Virus record (IMG/VR): IMGVR_UViG_3300045988_085846
Coordinates: 1 to 46,301 of that record
Source of the DNA: a virus
DNA length: 46,301 nt
Strand: one strand, 5' to 3'
In this document: piece by piece, positions 1-8,837 of the stretch
Numbering within the stretch: the stretch's first letter is position 1
How the letters are laid out: each line of letters opens with the position of its first letter
Position numbers and translations under genes: made by a program
The notes under the pieces: model-generated
Database searches by the model: none
The model's input: the letters and a program-made list of their open reading frames with translations, nothing else
Told to the model about the DNA's origin: nothing

Positions 1-119
1 AGTGTTAGATGGTATCCGCCTTACTGGTAGCCTGCTATTAGCTGGTAGAATCCTGTTCGATGCCAGCTGCGAAAACACGTTTGATGAATTCGGTTCCTAC
101 TGCTGGGATGAAAAAAAGG
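1..119. repeat. terminal direct repeat, identical to 46183-46301 (circular-assembly overlap)
   Basis: Read directly: agtgttagatggtatccgcc...tgggatgaaaaaaagg is present at both contig ends; the terL frame is continuous across the join. Confidence 0.95.
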
Positions 120-208
120 AAACTGATGCGGTAGTTAAAGAATCGGACCATGCGATGGATATGATACGATATTTCGTATACACAATAATGCGGCGGGAGG
201 TGCGCTAA
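2..208 (+). CDS. terL: terminase large subunit, C-terminal end (continuation of 45188-46301 across the circular junction)
   Basis: Same frame as the open frame running off the 3' end; 2-119 duplicates 46184-46301; stop TAA at 206-208. Confidence 0.9.
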   Translation: MLDGIRLTGSLLLAGRILFDASCENTFDEFGSYCWDEKKETDAVVKESDHAMDMIRYFVYTIMRREVR

Positions 209-1612
209 ATGGAGAGTTTTTTTGCTAGAACGTTCCGAAACTTGAAAAACTGGCTGTTTCCCACCGCTGCCGCTAAAAAAGATTTCGGCGTAGATACGGC
301 GGTTGGTACCACGATGCAACAGAATATCAACCTGTGGTATTCCATGTACATCAACGAACCGCCCTGGGCCAAGCGCGACATTATCCCGCTCGGCCTGCCT
401 GCTGCTATCGCCCGTGAAATGGCACGGCCTGCGCTGGTTGAGTTCAGCGGAACAGTTACCGGCGGGGCACGGGCTGATTTCCTGGATGCGTGTTTCCAGG
501 ATGCCGCCCGGAGCTTTGAGAAAAACTTGGAGATGGGGCTTGCTCTTGGCGGGCTGGCCCTTCGGCCTTATGTGTACAACGGCACATTAAAAGTCGATGC
601 TTCTAGTATCATGGCATTTCAGCCTACTAACTTCGACGAAGCTGGCAAATGCACCGGTGGCGTATTCCGCGAACGGGTGCAACTAGCCGGTAAATGGTAC
701 GTTCGCCTGGAAAGCCATGAGTTTGTGAGAGATGGAGAGCGCACGGCCTACGTTGTGCGGAACAAGGCTCACAAATCCAACCAATACGGAACAGTGGGAG
801 AGGAAGTGCCGCTCGATACGGTCCCTGCCTGGGCAACCTTGGACGATGAAACCACGCTCGACGGAGTAGAACGTCCACTGTTTGCCTTTTTCACCCCGCC
901 TGTTGCAAACAACATCGACACTGATAGCCGCCTGGGTGTATCTGTGTACGGCGGTTCTATCGTCGGCCTAGTAAAGGATGCAGATGAACAGTGGGATAGA
1001 TTGTGGTGGGAGTTCAAAAGCGGTGAGCGCAAGATTTTTGCGGAATACACCAGCGGGAACGCCCGTGATTTCGGGCGAAACCGGCTCTATGAGTTCGGGC
1101 CGTTTATGTCCCAGGATGGGGACTTTTTCAAGGAATTCTCTCCGGCTTTCCGGGATGATGCCATTTACAGGGGCTTTCAAAACATCCTGAAACAAATCGA
1201 ATTCCAGACAGGCCTAGCCTATGGAACGATTTCAGACCCGTCCAGCGTTGAAAAAACATCGACGGAAATCCTGGCCAGCAAGCAGAGACAGTATATTACA
1301 GAGAGCCATATTCAGCAGGCGTTTGGGGATGCCCTAGACGATCTGGTATATGCGATGGATGTATACGCCACGCTGTACGCCCTGGCCCCTCAGGGGGACT
1401 ATGAGCTGCATCTCAGTTTCGGCGATGGTGTACTCGATGATCCCGAGAGCAACCGCGCAGAAATGGCGGCTGACCTGCAACTAGTTTCGGCTGGTATCCT
1501 TAACGCTTATGAGTTCCGGCAGAAGCATTTCGGCGAGGATGAAGAGACTGCCAAAGCTATGCTGCCGGGGATGGAGGAAATGGTCGATGAACCGCAAGGG
1601 GAACTTGAATAA
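209..1612 (+). CDS. portal protein
   Basis: 467 aa ORF starting directly after the terL stop (TAAATG); size and position typical of SPP1-type portals; followed by a head-morphogenesis gene. Confidence 0.75.
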   Translation: MESFFARTFRNLKNWLFPTAAAKKDFGVDTAVGTTMQQNINLWYSMYINEPPWAKRDIIPLGLPAAIAREMARPALVEFSGTVTGGARADFLDACFQDAARSFEKNLEMGLALGGLALRPYVYNGTLKVDASSIMAFQPTNFDEAGKCTGGVFRERVQLAGKWYVRLESHEFVRDGERTAYVVRNKAHKSNQYGTVGEEVPLDTVPAWATLDDETTLDGVERPLFAFFTPPVANNIDTDSRLGVSVYGGSIVGLVKDADEQWDRLWWEFKSGERKIFAEYTSGNARDFGRNRLYEFGPFMSQDGDFFKEFSPAFRDDAIYRGFQNILKQIEFQTGLAYGTISDPSSVEKTSTEILASKQRQYITESHIQQAFGDALDDLVYAMDVYATLYALAPQGDYELHLSFGDGVLDDPESNRAEMAADLQLVSAGILNAYEFRQKHFGEDEETAKAMLPGMEEMVDEPQGELE

Positions 1613-2412
1613 TGAAGTACCCGTTTTCTCCTGCCGTCCTGGATGCCCTGCCTGAGCCTATCGCCGAGCTATTCCGGGGCCTGGAAGATAGGCTGCTACA
1701 AGAGATTTGTTGGCGGCTGGTGGTATCTGACGATCTGAATCAGGTGACAGTTGAGGATATCCGGGAACTGCGTGCCCACGGGATAACACTGGACGAAATC
1801 ACAACAGCCATTGCGGAGACTACGCAAACCAGCCTGGACAAGGTAGATGCTATCATGGATGGCGTAGTAGAGCGCAACCGCAAATACTACGGTACATTAG
1901 CAACGGCGGCAGAGATTACCGCCCCACGCCACATTGTTGATGATGTGGATGTGGAAGCTATTCGACGGCAGACCAAGGACGAACTGCGAAACCTAACTCA
2001 ATCAATGGGGTTTGCAGTCCGACGCAACGGCAAAGTCGTTAAGTGGCTGGAACCCAAGAAAGCCTATCAATGGGCGCTGGATATGGCAGAAACAGAAGTT
2101 ATGTCCGGGACTATCAGCTACAACGAAGCGATAGCCCACGCCACGAAGCAGCTTGCCGCCGGTGGCCTAACGTCTATCCGTTACGAATCCAACGGGCGGG
2201 TACACTACGATCAGGCAGATGTAGCCGCTCGACGTGCTGTGATGACTGGGGTGAATCAAACCTGCCAGCGCTATGCAGAGCAGAGCATGGAGCGATTGGA
2301 CACTAACCTAGTCGAAGTGTCCGCCCATGGCGGCGCAAGAAATGTAAACGGTCCGAATGGCTGGGAAGCACATACTCTGTGGCAAGGAAAAGTTTTCCAA
2401 TGGAATAAATAA
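1612..2412 (+). CDS. minor capsid / head morphogenesis protein (Phage_min_cap2-like), N-terminal part (5' exon or split fragment)
   Basis: ATG overlaps the portal stop; ends ...VSAHGGARNVNGPNGWEAHTLWQGKVFQWNK just before the family's conserved NCRH block, which lies at ~3185-3535. Confidence 0.7.
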   Translation: MKYPFSPAVLDALPEPIAELFRGLEDRLLQEICWRLVVSDDLNQVTVEDIRELRAHGITLDEITTAIAETTQTSLDKVDAIMDGVVERNRKYYGTLATAAEITAPRHIVDDVDVEAIRRQTKDELRNLTQSMGFAVRRNGKVVKWLEPKKAYQWALDMAETEVMSGTISYNEAIAHATKQLAAGGLTSIRYESNGRVHYDQADVAARRAVMTGVNQTCQRYAEQSMERLDTNLVEVSAHGGARNVNGPNGWEAHTLWQGKVFQWNK

Positions 2413-2508
2413 GTTTGATACAAGCGGATAGCTCGACGGGGCGAAAAGTGGACTGCCTTACCATCTTCCGCTTGTTCAAAAAACAAGGCAATTACGAAAG
2501 GCAGTAAT

Positions 2509-3180
2509 ATGGCAAGAATGATTGATATAAGTGGTAAAAAATACAACAGGCTTACCGCAATAAAACCAATCGGAAGAAGAAAATCTGGAAATTATATATG
2601 GCTGTGCAAATGTGAATGTGGCAAATTTTGCGAAGTAGAAGGAAGCCTATTACGAAGTGGAAAACAACTAAGCTGTGGTTGTTACATATCAGAACGTGTC
2701 ACAAAAATGAACACGAAACACAACGGATTTGGGACGCGACTTTACGAAATTTGGAGACAAATGCACAGAAGGTGTTACGGCGAGTTCCAACAGAGCTACA
2801 AAGATTATGGGGGCCGCGGGATTTCTGTTTGCGATGAATGGCATGATTTTTCTGTATTCAGAGAATGGGCTTATAAAAACGGCTATTCAGAAACGCTTAC
2901 AATAGATCGGATTGACGTAAATGGAAATTACGAGCCTTCTAATTGTAGATGGGCGACCATGAAACAGCAAGCTAACAACAGAAGAAGTAACCACACAATC
3001 AAATATATGGGTGTATCGCATACAATTTCTGAGTGGGCTGATATTCTTGGTGTTAATCAAACCACACTTTGGAAAAAACTTCAAATGAACAATTGGGATT
3101 TATCTAAAGTGAAGGAGGTGGCAAAGTGGGAGAAGGAAAATACCCCGATTTCGTTAAATCGTGTGGATATGGCGATGTAA
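2509..3180 (+). CDS. homing-endonuclease-like DNA-binding protein inserted in the minor capsid gene
   Basis: 223 aa; N-terminal CKCECG...CGC zinc-ribbon; YGGRGISVCDEW...IDRIDVNGNYEPSNCRWAT (HNH-like beta-beta-alpha signature); C-terminal HTH (TISEWADILGVNQTTLWKKL). Confidence 0.5.
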   Translation: MARMIDISGKKYNRLTAIKPIGRRKSGNYIWLCKCECGKFCEVEGSLLRSGKQLSCGCYISERVTKMNTKHNGFGTRLYEIWRQMHRRCYGEFQQSYKDYGGRGISVCDEWHDFSVFREWAYKNGYSETLTIDRIDVNGNYEPSNCRWATMKQQANNRRSNHTIKYMGVSHTISEWADILGVNQTTLWKKLQMNNWDLSKVKEVAKWEKENTPISLNRVDMAM

Positions 3181-3535
3181 CAGGAATCGGGGGAGCTTAG
3201 CTAATTGTAGGCACCATTTTTACCCATATATTGAAGGTGTTTCGACCAGAACTTACACAGAAAAACAACTTAAGGAAATGGACCAACCGCCATTTGAATA
3301 CCAAGGAAAAACCTACGATCAATACCAAGCATCCCAAAAGCAAAGAGAAATAGAACGATCAATACGAAAACAAAAACGTATTCAGATAGCAATGGAAGCT
3401 CTTGGAACAGAAGAAGCCGCCAAGGACGCAACGGCGGCAAAAGCGAAGATTCGCTTGCTGAACCGTGAATACAGGCTATTCAGCGAAGCGGCCAACCTGC
3501 CGTTACAGCGTGAAAGGACGAAGGTGGTATATTGA
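3161..3535 (+). CDS. minor capsid / head morphogenesis protein, C-terminal part (3' exon; true 5' boundary probably ~3185-3194)
   Basis: ...GSLANCRHHFYPYIEGVSTRTYT...QKQREIERSIRKQKR...REYRLFSEAANLPLQRERTKV matches the C-terminal block of the same family; no ATG or SD precedes the conserved block. Confidence 0.65.
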   Translation: MWIWRCNRNRGSLANCRHHFYPYIEGVSTRTYTEKQLKEMDQPPFEYQGKTYDQYQASQKQREIERSIRKQKRIQIAMEALGTEEAAKDATAAKAKIRLLNREYRLFSEAANLPLQRERTKVVY

Positions 3536-3693
3536 AGATTACCGTGTGTGAGAAAACGTATGATGCTATTCGCGCTGCAACCGTGGAATTTGATGGGAAA
3601 AGCGCAAACGAAATGGTTGCCGTGAATGAATTTTTCAATATCTACTTTAACGGCCCAGAGCCAGAGGACGAAGAGGAAGAGGACGATGATTAA
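3532..3693 (+). CDS. small acidic hypothetical protein (53 aa)
   Basis: TTG start overlapping the upstream stop (ATTGA), SD aaggtgg 5-11 nt upstream; ends PEPEDEEEEDDD; below the ORF-track size cutoff. Confidence 0.45.
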   Translation: MKITVCEKTYDAIRAATVEFDGKSANEMVAVNEFFNIYFNGPEPEDEEEEDDD

Positions 3694-3847
3694 AACCATC
3701 AACGGACAAACCTGGTTCTGTTGCCCCGAATGTGGGAAGAAGATTCACCCGGTAAAGCCGGGAGCCTGTGGCGTCCTGGTGAAATGCACCGGCAAAAACA
3801 ACGGTAAACGTTGCGATTGGTACGGTGAAATCAAATGGGCCGGATAA
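3686..3847 (+). CDS. small zinc-ribbon protein (53 aa)
   Basis: ATG overlaps the upstream stop (ATGATTAA); CCPECG...C..C..C motif (MIKTINGQTWFCCPECGKKIHP...CTGKNNGKRCDW). Confidence 0.55.
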   Translation: MIKTINGQTWFCCPECGKKIHPVKPGACGVLVKCTGKNNGKRCDWYGEIKWAG

Positions 3848-3865
3848 CCAAACGAAACCAAAATT

Positions 3866-3921
3866 AAGCAAGCGTAAGCAAATAAAAAGCAAACGTAAGC
3901 AAAAAGAAGCAAAGTAAAGCA
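3866..3921. repeat. six helically phased AAGCA repeats in an A-rich tract
   Basis: AAGCA starts at 3866, 3876, 3887, 3897, 3907, 3917 (spacing 10, 11, 10, 10, 10) in the intergenic region before the scaffold gene. Confidence 0.8.
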
Positions 3922-4075
3922 AATAAAACCCAAATAACCTGAGCCTTTGAGCCAAGAATCAACTAAAACGTTGGTTTTTGGCTTATTTTTTTATCTTTGA
4001 CCGCCCCGACGTCGTAAAACTACGGGCGACAGCGGATGCAACCCGCGTAAATAAGCGTAGTCGTGGGAGAGAACA

Positions 4076-4699
4076 ATGAAACGCGAATATCTGAAAGAAC
4101 TCGGCTTAGAGGATGAGATCATCGACAAGGTTCTTGCTGAGAATGGCAAGGATATCGAGCGGGAGAAGGGTAAGGCTGAAGCTGCCAAGGCGGACGCCGA
4201 GAACCTGAAGACCCAGCTTGCCGACCGAGACAAGGATCTGGAAGAGCTGAAAAAGAACGTTGGTTCTGCCGATGAGATCAAGGCTCAGATGGATGAACTG
4301 AAAGCCAAGTATGACAAAGACACAGAAGCCTACAAGGCACAGATCGCGGAACGGGACTATTCCGCTGCTGCTTCTGCTGCTATCACCGGCGCAAACGTCA
4401 AGTTTTCGTCCAAGGGAGCTGAGAGGGCGTTCAGGGACGAACTGAAAGCCAAGGGCCTGACCCTGAAAGACGGCGCACTGGAAGGTTTCGACGATTTCCT
4501 GAAAGAACAGCGTGAAGCCGACCCAGGCGCTTTTGCACCTGACAAACCAACCCCTTCTTTTGGCCGACCTGTCGGCACGGGTGGTAAGGATAACGGCACC
4601 GAAAATATCGGTATCGCCCTTGCAAAGAGCATCGGTGCGGCTACCGCGCAGAACAGCAAAACGTACAGCGACGTACTGTCGCAATATAAGGGAGAGTGA
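4076..4699 (+). CDS. capsid scaffolding protein (GP20-like)
   Basis: 207 aa, coiled-coil and charged N-terminus (MKREYLKELGLEDEIIDKVLAENGKDIEREKGKAEAAKADAENLKTQL...), directly upstream of decoration and capsid genes. Confidence 0.7.
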   Translation: MKREYLKELGLEDEIIDKVLAENGKDIEREKGKAEAAKADAENLKTQLADRDKDLEELKKNVGSADEIKAQMDELKAKYDKDTEAYKAQIAERDYSAAASAAITGANVKFSSKGAERAFRDELKAKGLTLKDGALEGFDDFLKEQREADPGAFAPDKPTPSFGRPVGTGGKDNGTENIGIALAKSIGAATAQNSKTYSDVLSQYKGE

Positions 4700-4704
4700 A
4701 AAAT

Positions 4705-5061
4705 ATGGCACTGGGTACCATGAAATACTCTGAGGTTTCTGCACCTTCGGATGTGGAAATCCTGTACAACTCCGAGTATGTTGGCAAGGCCCTTACTCTG
4801 GATTCTACCGCATTTACCAGCGGCGTTTGCAAGGCTGGCACTCCTATGGCGGCGGATGGCAAGAAAGCCGCGACTTCCGGCGAATCCAGTAGTCAGACTT
4901 CTACCGCCGTCGGCGTCCTGCTGTGGGATGTTTACGAGGATCGCCCCCAGGGCACTATCGTTATCGGCGGCTACATCAACACCGCCAAGGCGCAGGCACA
5001 TTCCGGTGTTACCGTGGATGCTGTCGCCAAGGCCGCTATGAAGAACGTCGTATTCATGTAA
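4705..5061 (+). CDS. head decoration protein (lambda gpD-like)
   Basis: 118 aa, SD gggagag 9 nt upstream of the ATG; small Gly/Ala/Thr-rich protein immediately upstream of an E-type major capsid gene (D-E pair). Confidence 0.55.
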   Translation: MALGTMKYSEVSAPSDVEILYNSEYVGKALTLDSTAFTSGVCKAGTPMAADGKKAATSGESSSQTSTAVGVLLWDVYEDRPQGTIVIGGYINTAKAQAHSGVTVDAVAKAAMKNVVFM

Positions 5062-5077
5062 GGAAGGAGGATAAAAG

Positions 5078-6148
5078 ATGAACATTTCTGATGTTTTCAG
5101 CGCTGCCGCTATTGCCGTGCAGCAGACCGAAGCTGCGTATAACCGCATGGCTTACCTGGGTGAGGGTTTCTTCCCTGCTAAGAAGAAGATGGGCCTGGAT
5201 TTGAAGTGGATCAAGTCCCACAAGGGCCTGCCCGTTTCTCTGGCCCCCTCCAACTTCGACGCCAAGTCTACCCTGCGTAGCCGCGAGGGTATCAAGGTCG
5301 ATGAGACCCAGATGGCCTTTTTCCGTGAGTCCATGCTGGTGAAGGAAGAGGATGAGCAGGAGATCATGCGTATCATCGACGGCAATGACCCCTACCTGGC
5401 CTCTGTCCTGTCCTCCATCTATGACGATGCTTCCACCCTGGTTGAGGGTGCCCGCGTCGTGGCTGAGCGTATGCGTATGCAGCTGCTGGCCCCTGTTACC
5501 GATGGTTCCCCTAGAATCGTCCTGGAAGCTGGTGGTGTGCAGTATTCCTACAACTACGACACCGACGGCAGTTACAAGACCAACAACTACAACGCTATCA
5601 CCACCACTACCAAGAAGTGGAGCGCTACCGACACCGCCGACCCCATGAGCGACATTCAGGACGCCCTGGATTCCGTCGAATCCAACACCGGCACCCGGCC
5701 CACCATCATGCTGTGCAGCAAGAAGACCATGGGCTACCTGAAAGCCAATGCTAAGATCAAGTCCGCCGTTCTGGCCCAGAACATCACCGCCAACGTGTTT
5801 ATGACCGATGCGCGAGTGAATGAGCTGTTCCAGAACGAGCTTGGTGTGACCATCATCGTGTACTCCAAGCAGTACAAGGATGAGGCTGGAACTGCTCATA
5901 AGTTCTACCCTGATGACATGGTTACTCTGCTACCGGAGGGCGCACTGGGTTCTACCTGGTATGGCACCACCCCCGAAGAGCGCACTCTGATGGGCAAGGC
6001 CGATGCTGATGTGTCCTTGGTTGATACCGGCATTGCCGTTGCGGTGACCACCACCTCTGACCCCGTGAACACCAAGACCACGGTTTCCGAAATCGTCCTG
6101 CCCTCCTTCGAGCGCATGGACGAGACTTACGTTATCAAGGTAGCCTGA
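5078..6148 (+). CDS. major capsid protein (lambda gpE-like family)
   Basis: 356 aa; N-terminal ...AYLGEGFFPAKKKMGLDLKWIKSHKGLPVSLAPSNFDAKSTLRSREG... typical of Phage_cap_E proteins; SD aggaagg upstream. Confidence 0.8.
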   Translation: MNISDVFSAAAIAVQQTEAAYNRMAYLGEGFFPAKKKMGLDLKWIKSHKGLPVSLAPSNFDAKSTLRSREGIKVDETQMAFFRESMLVKEEDEQEIMRIIDGNDPYLASVLSSIYDDASTLVEGARVVAERMRMQLLAPVTDGSPRIVLEAGGVQYSYNYDTDGSYKTNNYNAITTTTKKWSATDTADPMSDIQDALDSVESNTGTRPTIMLCSKKTMGYLKANAKIKSAVLAQNITANVFMTDARVNELFQNELGVTIIVYSKQYKDEAGTAHKFYPDDMVTLLPEGALGSTWYGTTPEERTLMGKADADVSLVDTGIAVAVTTTSDPVNTKTTVSEIVLPSFERMDETYVIKVA

Positions 6149-6163
6149 GAAAGGAGCTAACCA

Positions 6164-6580
6164 ATGGCTTACGCAACCTATGAGTTTTACAGGAACGAAT
6201 ACGGCGGCAACGCCATTGAAGAAGCTGATTTCAACGGCCTTGCTACCCGTGCTACTGCCTACATCAACGCAGCCACTAGTGGGAAAGCTATGTCGGCAAC
6301 TGGTGATGATTTAACGGCGGTGCAAATGGCTACCTGCGAACTGGCCGAAATTTTCCAGGATGAAAACAGGCTGAACGCCCTGACCTTTTCCTCCACCGGT
6401 TCCATCTCTAGTGAATCGGTGGGGGGATGGTCCCGGAGTTACGGCACCAAAACTCTGAGCGCAGCAGACCTGCAGCTGCTAACAGCACGCAAAAAAAGCG
6501 CGTTGTTAATTTACCTGCAAGGCACCGGTTTTTTGCAGGCTACCGGCTACCCGATGGCAAAGCGGGGTGATTGCTGGTGA
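6164..6580 (+). CDS. head-tail connector protein (gp6-like)
   Basis: 138 aa, directly after the capsid gene; MAYATYEFYRNEYGGNAIEEADF... N-terminus typical of head-tail connectors. Confidence 0.55.
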   Translation: MAYATYEFYRNEYGGNAIEEADFNGLATRATAYINAATSGKAMSATGDDLTAVQMATCELAEIFQDENRLNALTFSSTGSISSESVGGWSRSYGTKTLSAADLQLLTARKKSALLIYLQGTGFLQATGYPMAKRGDCW

Positions 6581-7029
6581 CGATGTTTCCGCATACCATC
6601 ACCCTGTATATCATCACTGAGGATCAGGTAACATTCGAGCAAGTGACTAATATCACGGTGCTAGAGGGAGTTTTGCTGGATGCTGCCAAGGCCGCCAACG
6701 TCCGTTCTTCCGGCATGGAAAACGCCGACGCGGTGACGGTATACATCCCGTTCAGCGTGAAAGCCTACGACGGGCAGACCGCTGAAATCAAACGGTATGT
6801 ATCCCCAAAGGAATATCACGCCGCCGCCGATAAAAGCGGCCTGTGGACGCTGGATTCTGCACCGCCTACCGACGTTTCTACATTCATCGTCAAGGGTGAT
6901 GTAATCGAACCTGAGAAGGATTTCCAGTGGATTAACCGCACACATGACGATGTATACAGAATCAATTCGGTAGATGAGAAGGACTTTGGTTCGGATGAGA
7001 TGAGACATTTTGAAGTAGGTGGGCGTTGA
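6577..7029 (+). CDS. head-tail joining / head closure protein
   Basis: GTG overlapping the upstream stop (GTGA); alternative ATG at 6583; synteny only. Confidence 0.45.
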   Translation: MTMFPHTITLYIITEDQVTFEQVTNITVLEGVLLDAAKAANVRSSGMENADAVTVYIPFSVKAYDGQTAEIKRYVSPKEYHAAADKSGLWTLDSAPPTDVSTFIVKGDVIEPEKDFQWINRTHDDVYRINSVDEKDFGSDEMRHFEVGGR

Positions 7030-7427
7030 TGATTAGCGTTAAGGTTGATGTAAAAATTGATGCCGCCAAGTTCGCTCAGCGTGCAGACAGGGCCAAGGAG
7101 GTCTTGGCAAACGAAGCCATGAAAGACACCGACCAGTTTGTTCCAGCCCTTACAGGTTCCCTTGCGGGACGAGCTAGGGTACAGGGAGATACCATCGTAT
7201 ACCCTGGCCCGTATGCCCGTTTTCTATGGGAAGGTAAGGTATTGGTTGACCCGGATACCGGTAGCCCGTGGGCTAGGCCGGGAGCTACTAAAGTGGCAAA
7301 CGGCAAGAGCTTGGTATTCACCAAAGCGATGCACGGACAGGCACAAAGCCATTGGTTCGATGCTTCCAAGGCTATGAATCTGCCGAACTGGGTAAAGAAG
7401 TACAAGGAGGCGATATTGAATGGATGA
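7029..7427 (+). CDS. minor capsid / tail-completion protein (HK97 gp10-like)
   Basis: ATG overlaps the upstream stop (TGATG); ...YARFLWEGKVLVDPDTGSPWARPGATKV...HWFDASKA... resembles the minor-capsid/neck family. Confidence 0.5.
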   Translation: MISVKVDVKIDAAKFAQRADRAKEVLANEAMKDTDQFVPALTGSLAGRARVQGDTIVYPGPYARFLWEGKVLVDPDTGSPWARPGATKVANGKSLVFTKAMHGQAQSHWFDASKAMNLPNWVKKYKEAILNG

Positions 7428-7866
7428 TAAACCATTACGCATGGTATCCAGGGCGGAAACCGACCAGATTTCCAGGAAACTGCTGGTTTGGCTGAATCAG
7501 TACGAAGATAAGCCTGCCAATATCGCCTTCGAGTATCTTCCTTCCGATCAGCCTGGTATGGCACTTTCTACCATCCAAGGGGCCTACAAAACCAAGGAAT
7601 ACGTTCGCGGGGCGTATCAGGGGCAGTATCAATTCAAAATCATCTATCGCCTGCAACCGTCCAGCAACAACGACCGGTTGAAAGCCGATGAAATCCTGGA
7701 TGCTATTGGTGACTGGGCCGTATCCCGCCGCCCGTTGCCTTATCTGGGGGATGGGAAACAGGCAACTAAAATTACCTGCAACACCAGGGCGGCAATGTTC
7801 GCCCGGTACGACGATAACACCGAAGATCATCAAATTTTGATGACTATGGACTATTTTTCCAACTGA
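7420..7866 (+). CDS. tail terminator / neck protein (hypothetical)
   Basis: 148 aa, overlaps the upstream gene by 8 nt, immediately upstream of the major tail gene. Confidence 0.45.
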   Translation: MDDKPLRMVSRAETDQISRKLLVWLNQYEDKPANIAFEYLPSDQPGMALSTIQGAYKTKEYVRGAYQGQYQFKIIYRLQPSSNNDRLKADEILDAIGDWAVSRRPLPYLGDGKQATKITCNTRAAMFARYDDNTEDHQILMTMDYFSN

Positions 7867-7882
7867 AAGGGGAAATGAAAAA

Positions 7883-8383
7883 ATGAAACTTTCTACCCTT
7901 ATGACGGGCAAGGAGCCGTCTCCTTCCTATTCCGGCGTTGCCACTGCCGACGATTTTGTCCTGGCCGTTGATATTGCCTCTTCTCCCACTGGCAAAATCG
8001 GTGACTATGTGGTTGTCCAGGGCGGCATCACTAACGTTGATTCCCAGCTGAACCCGGAGAGCGAGGACAAGACATACATCCGCAACGGCAAAGTGACCAC
8101 CAAGACCGCCACTCAGCGCACCTTCAACGTCACCGGTGATCGTATGTTTGGCGATGATTTCCAGGACTACGCCCTGTCTCACGCTATCAAGTTTGGCACT
8201 GGCCAGGCCGTTATCGTGCCCTACGTCTATTTCTCTCTGCTGACTGGCAAGGGCGAAAAGGGAACCGCTGCCGTTATCGTGAACTCGGACGGTTCCGGCG
8301 AGGCAGGCGCTTCCGCTGAGATTGATGTGGATATCATGGCAACTGCCGCCCCCACAGAGTACACCTATTCCGCCGACGTGTGA
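7883..8383 (+). CDS. major tail protein
   Basis: 166 aa, SD aaagggg upstream, located between the neck genes and the chaperone/tape-measure genes. Confidence 0.6.
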   Translation: MKLSTLMTGKEPSPSYSGVATADDFVLAVDIASSPTGKIGDYVVVQGGITNVDSQLNPESEDKTYIRNGKVTTKTATQRTFNVTGDRMFGDDFQDYALSHAIKFGTGQAVIVPYVYFSLLTGKGEKGTAAVIVNSDGSGEAGASAEIDVDIMATAAPTEYTYSADV

Positions 8384-8405
8384 CCGAATATAAGGAGGAT
8401 TAAGC

Positions 8406-8837
8406 ATGGATATCTATAACATCAACGGCGTTGCCGTGGAGTATGACACTTTCGACACGGTAAACATGGAGTTGTTTATCAATGAGCTGGAACGTGTGCA
8501 GAAGGAAACCGAAGCACTGCCCAAGAACGCCACCGCCTACATGAAGGGCATGTGTGAACTGGTTCGGGACTTCTTTGATACCATTATCGGAGAGGGTACC
8601 TCTGACAAGTGCTTCGGCCCCAGAAGCAACCTGAAAGCTATCGTGTTTGCATACGGCGATTTCGTCCGCCGTGTGGCGGAAGAGATGGTTTCCATCAAGG
8701 ATATCGCGAACGGACTTCCCGTGCCCGGCGCTGTCGCCACCCCCACCAACCGGGAGCAGAGACGCGCAGAGGAACGGGCACGACGCCGCGCAGAAGCTGC
8801 CGAGCGGGTGAAGCTGCGCAAGTCCGATGCGAACTAA
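8406..8837 (+). CDS. tail assembly chaperone (position-based)
   Basis: 143 aa, basic C-terminal tail (REQRRAEERARRRAEAAERVKLRK), upstream of the Gp15-like and tape-measure genes. Confidence 0.45.
   Translation: MDIYNINGVAVEYDTFDTVNMELFINELERVQKETEALPKNATAYMKGMCELVRDFFDTIIGEGTSDKCFGPRSNLKAIVFAYGDFVRRVAEEMVSIKDIANGLPVPGAVATPTNREQRRAEERARRRAEAAERVKLRKSDAN

Noticed and set aside
5054-5899. 281-aa minus-strand ORF; also 11323-12339, 15492-16178, 19535-20215 and 31970-32824 on the minus strand
   Set aside because: All are antisense to structural or early genes with recognisable products, have Gly/Val/Leu-rich or otherwise implausible translations, and lack start signals.
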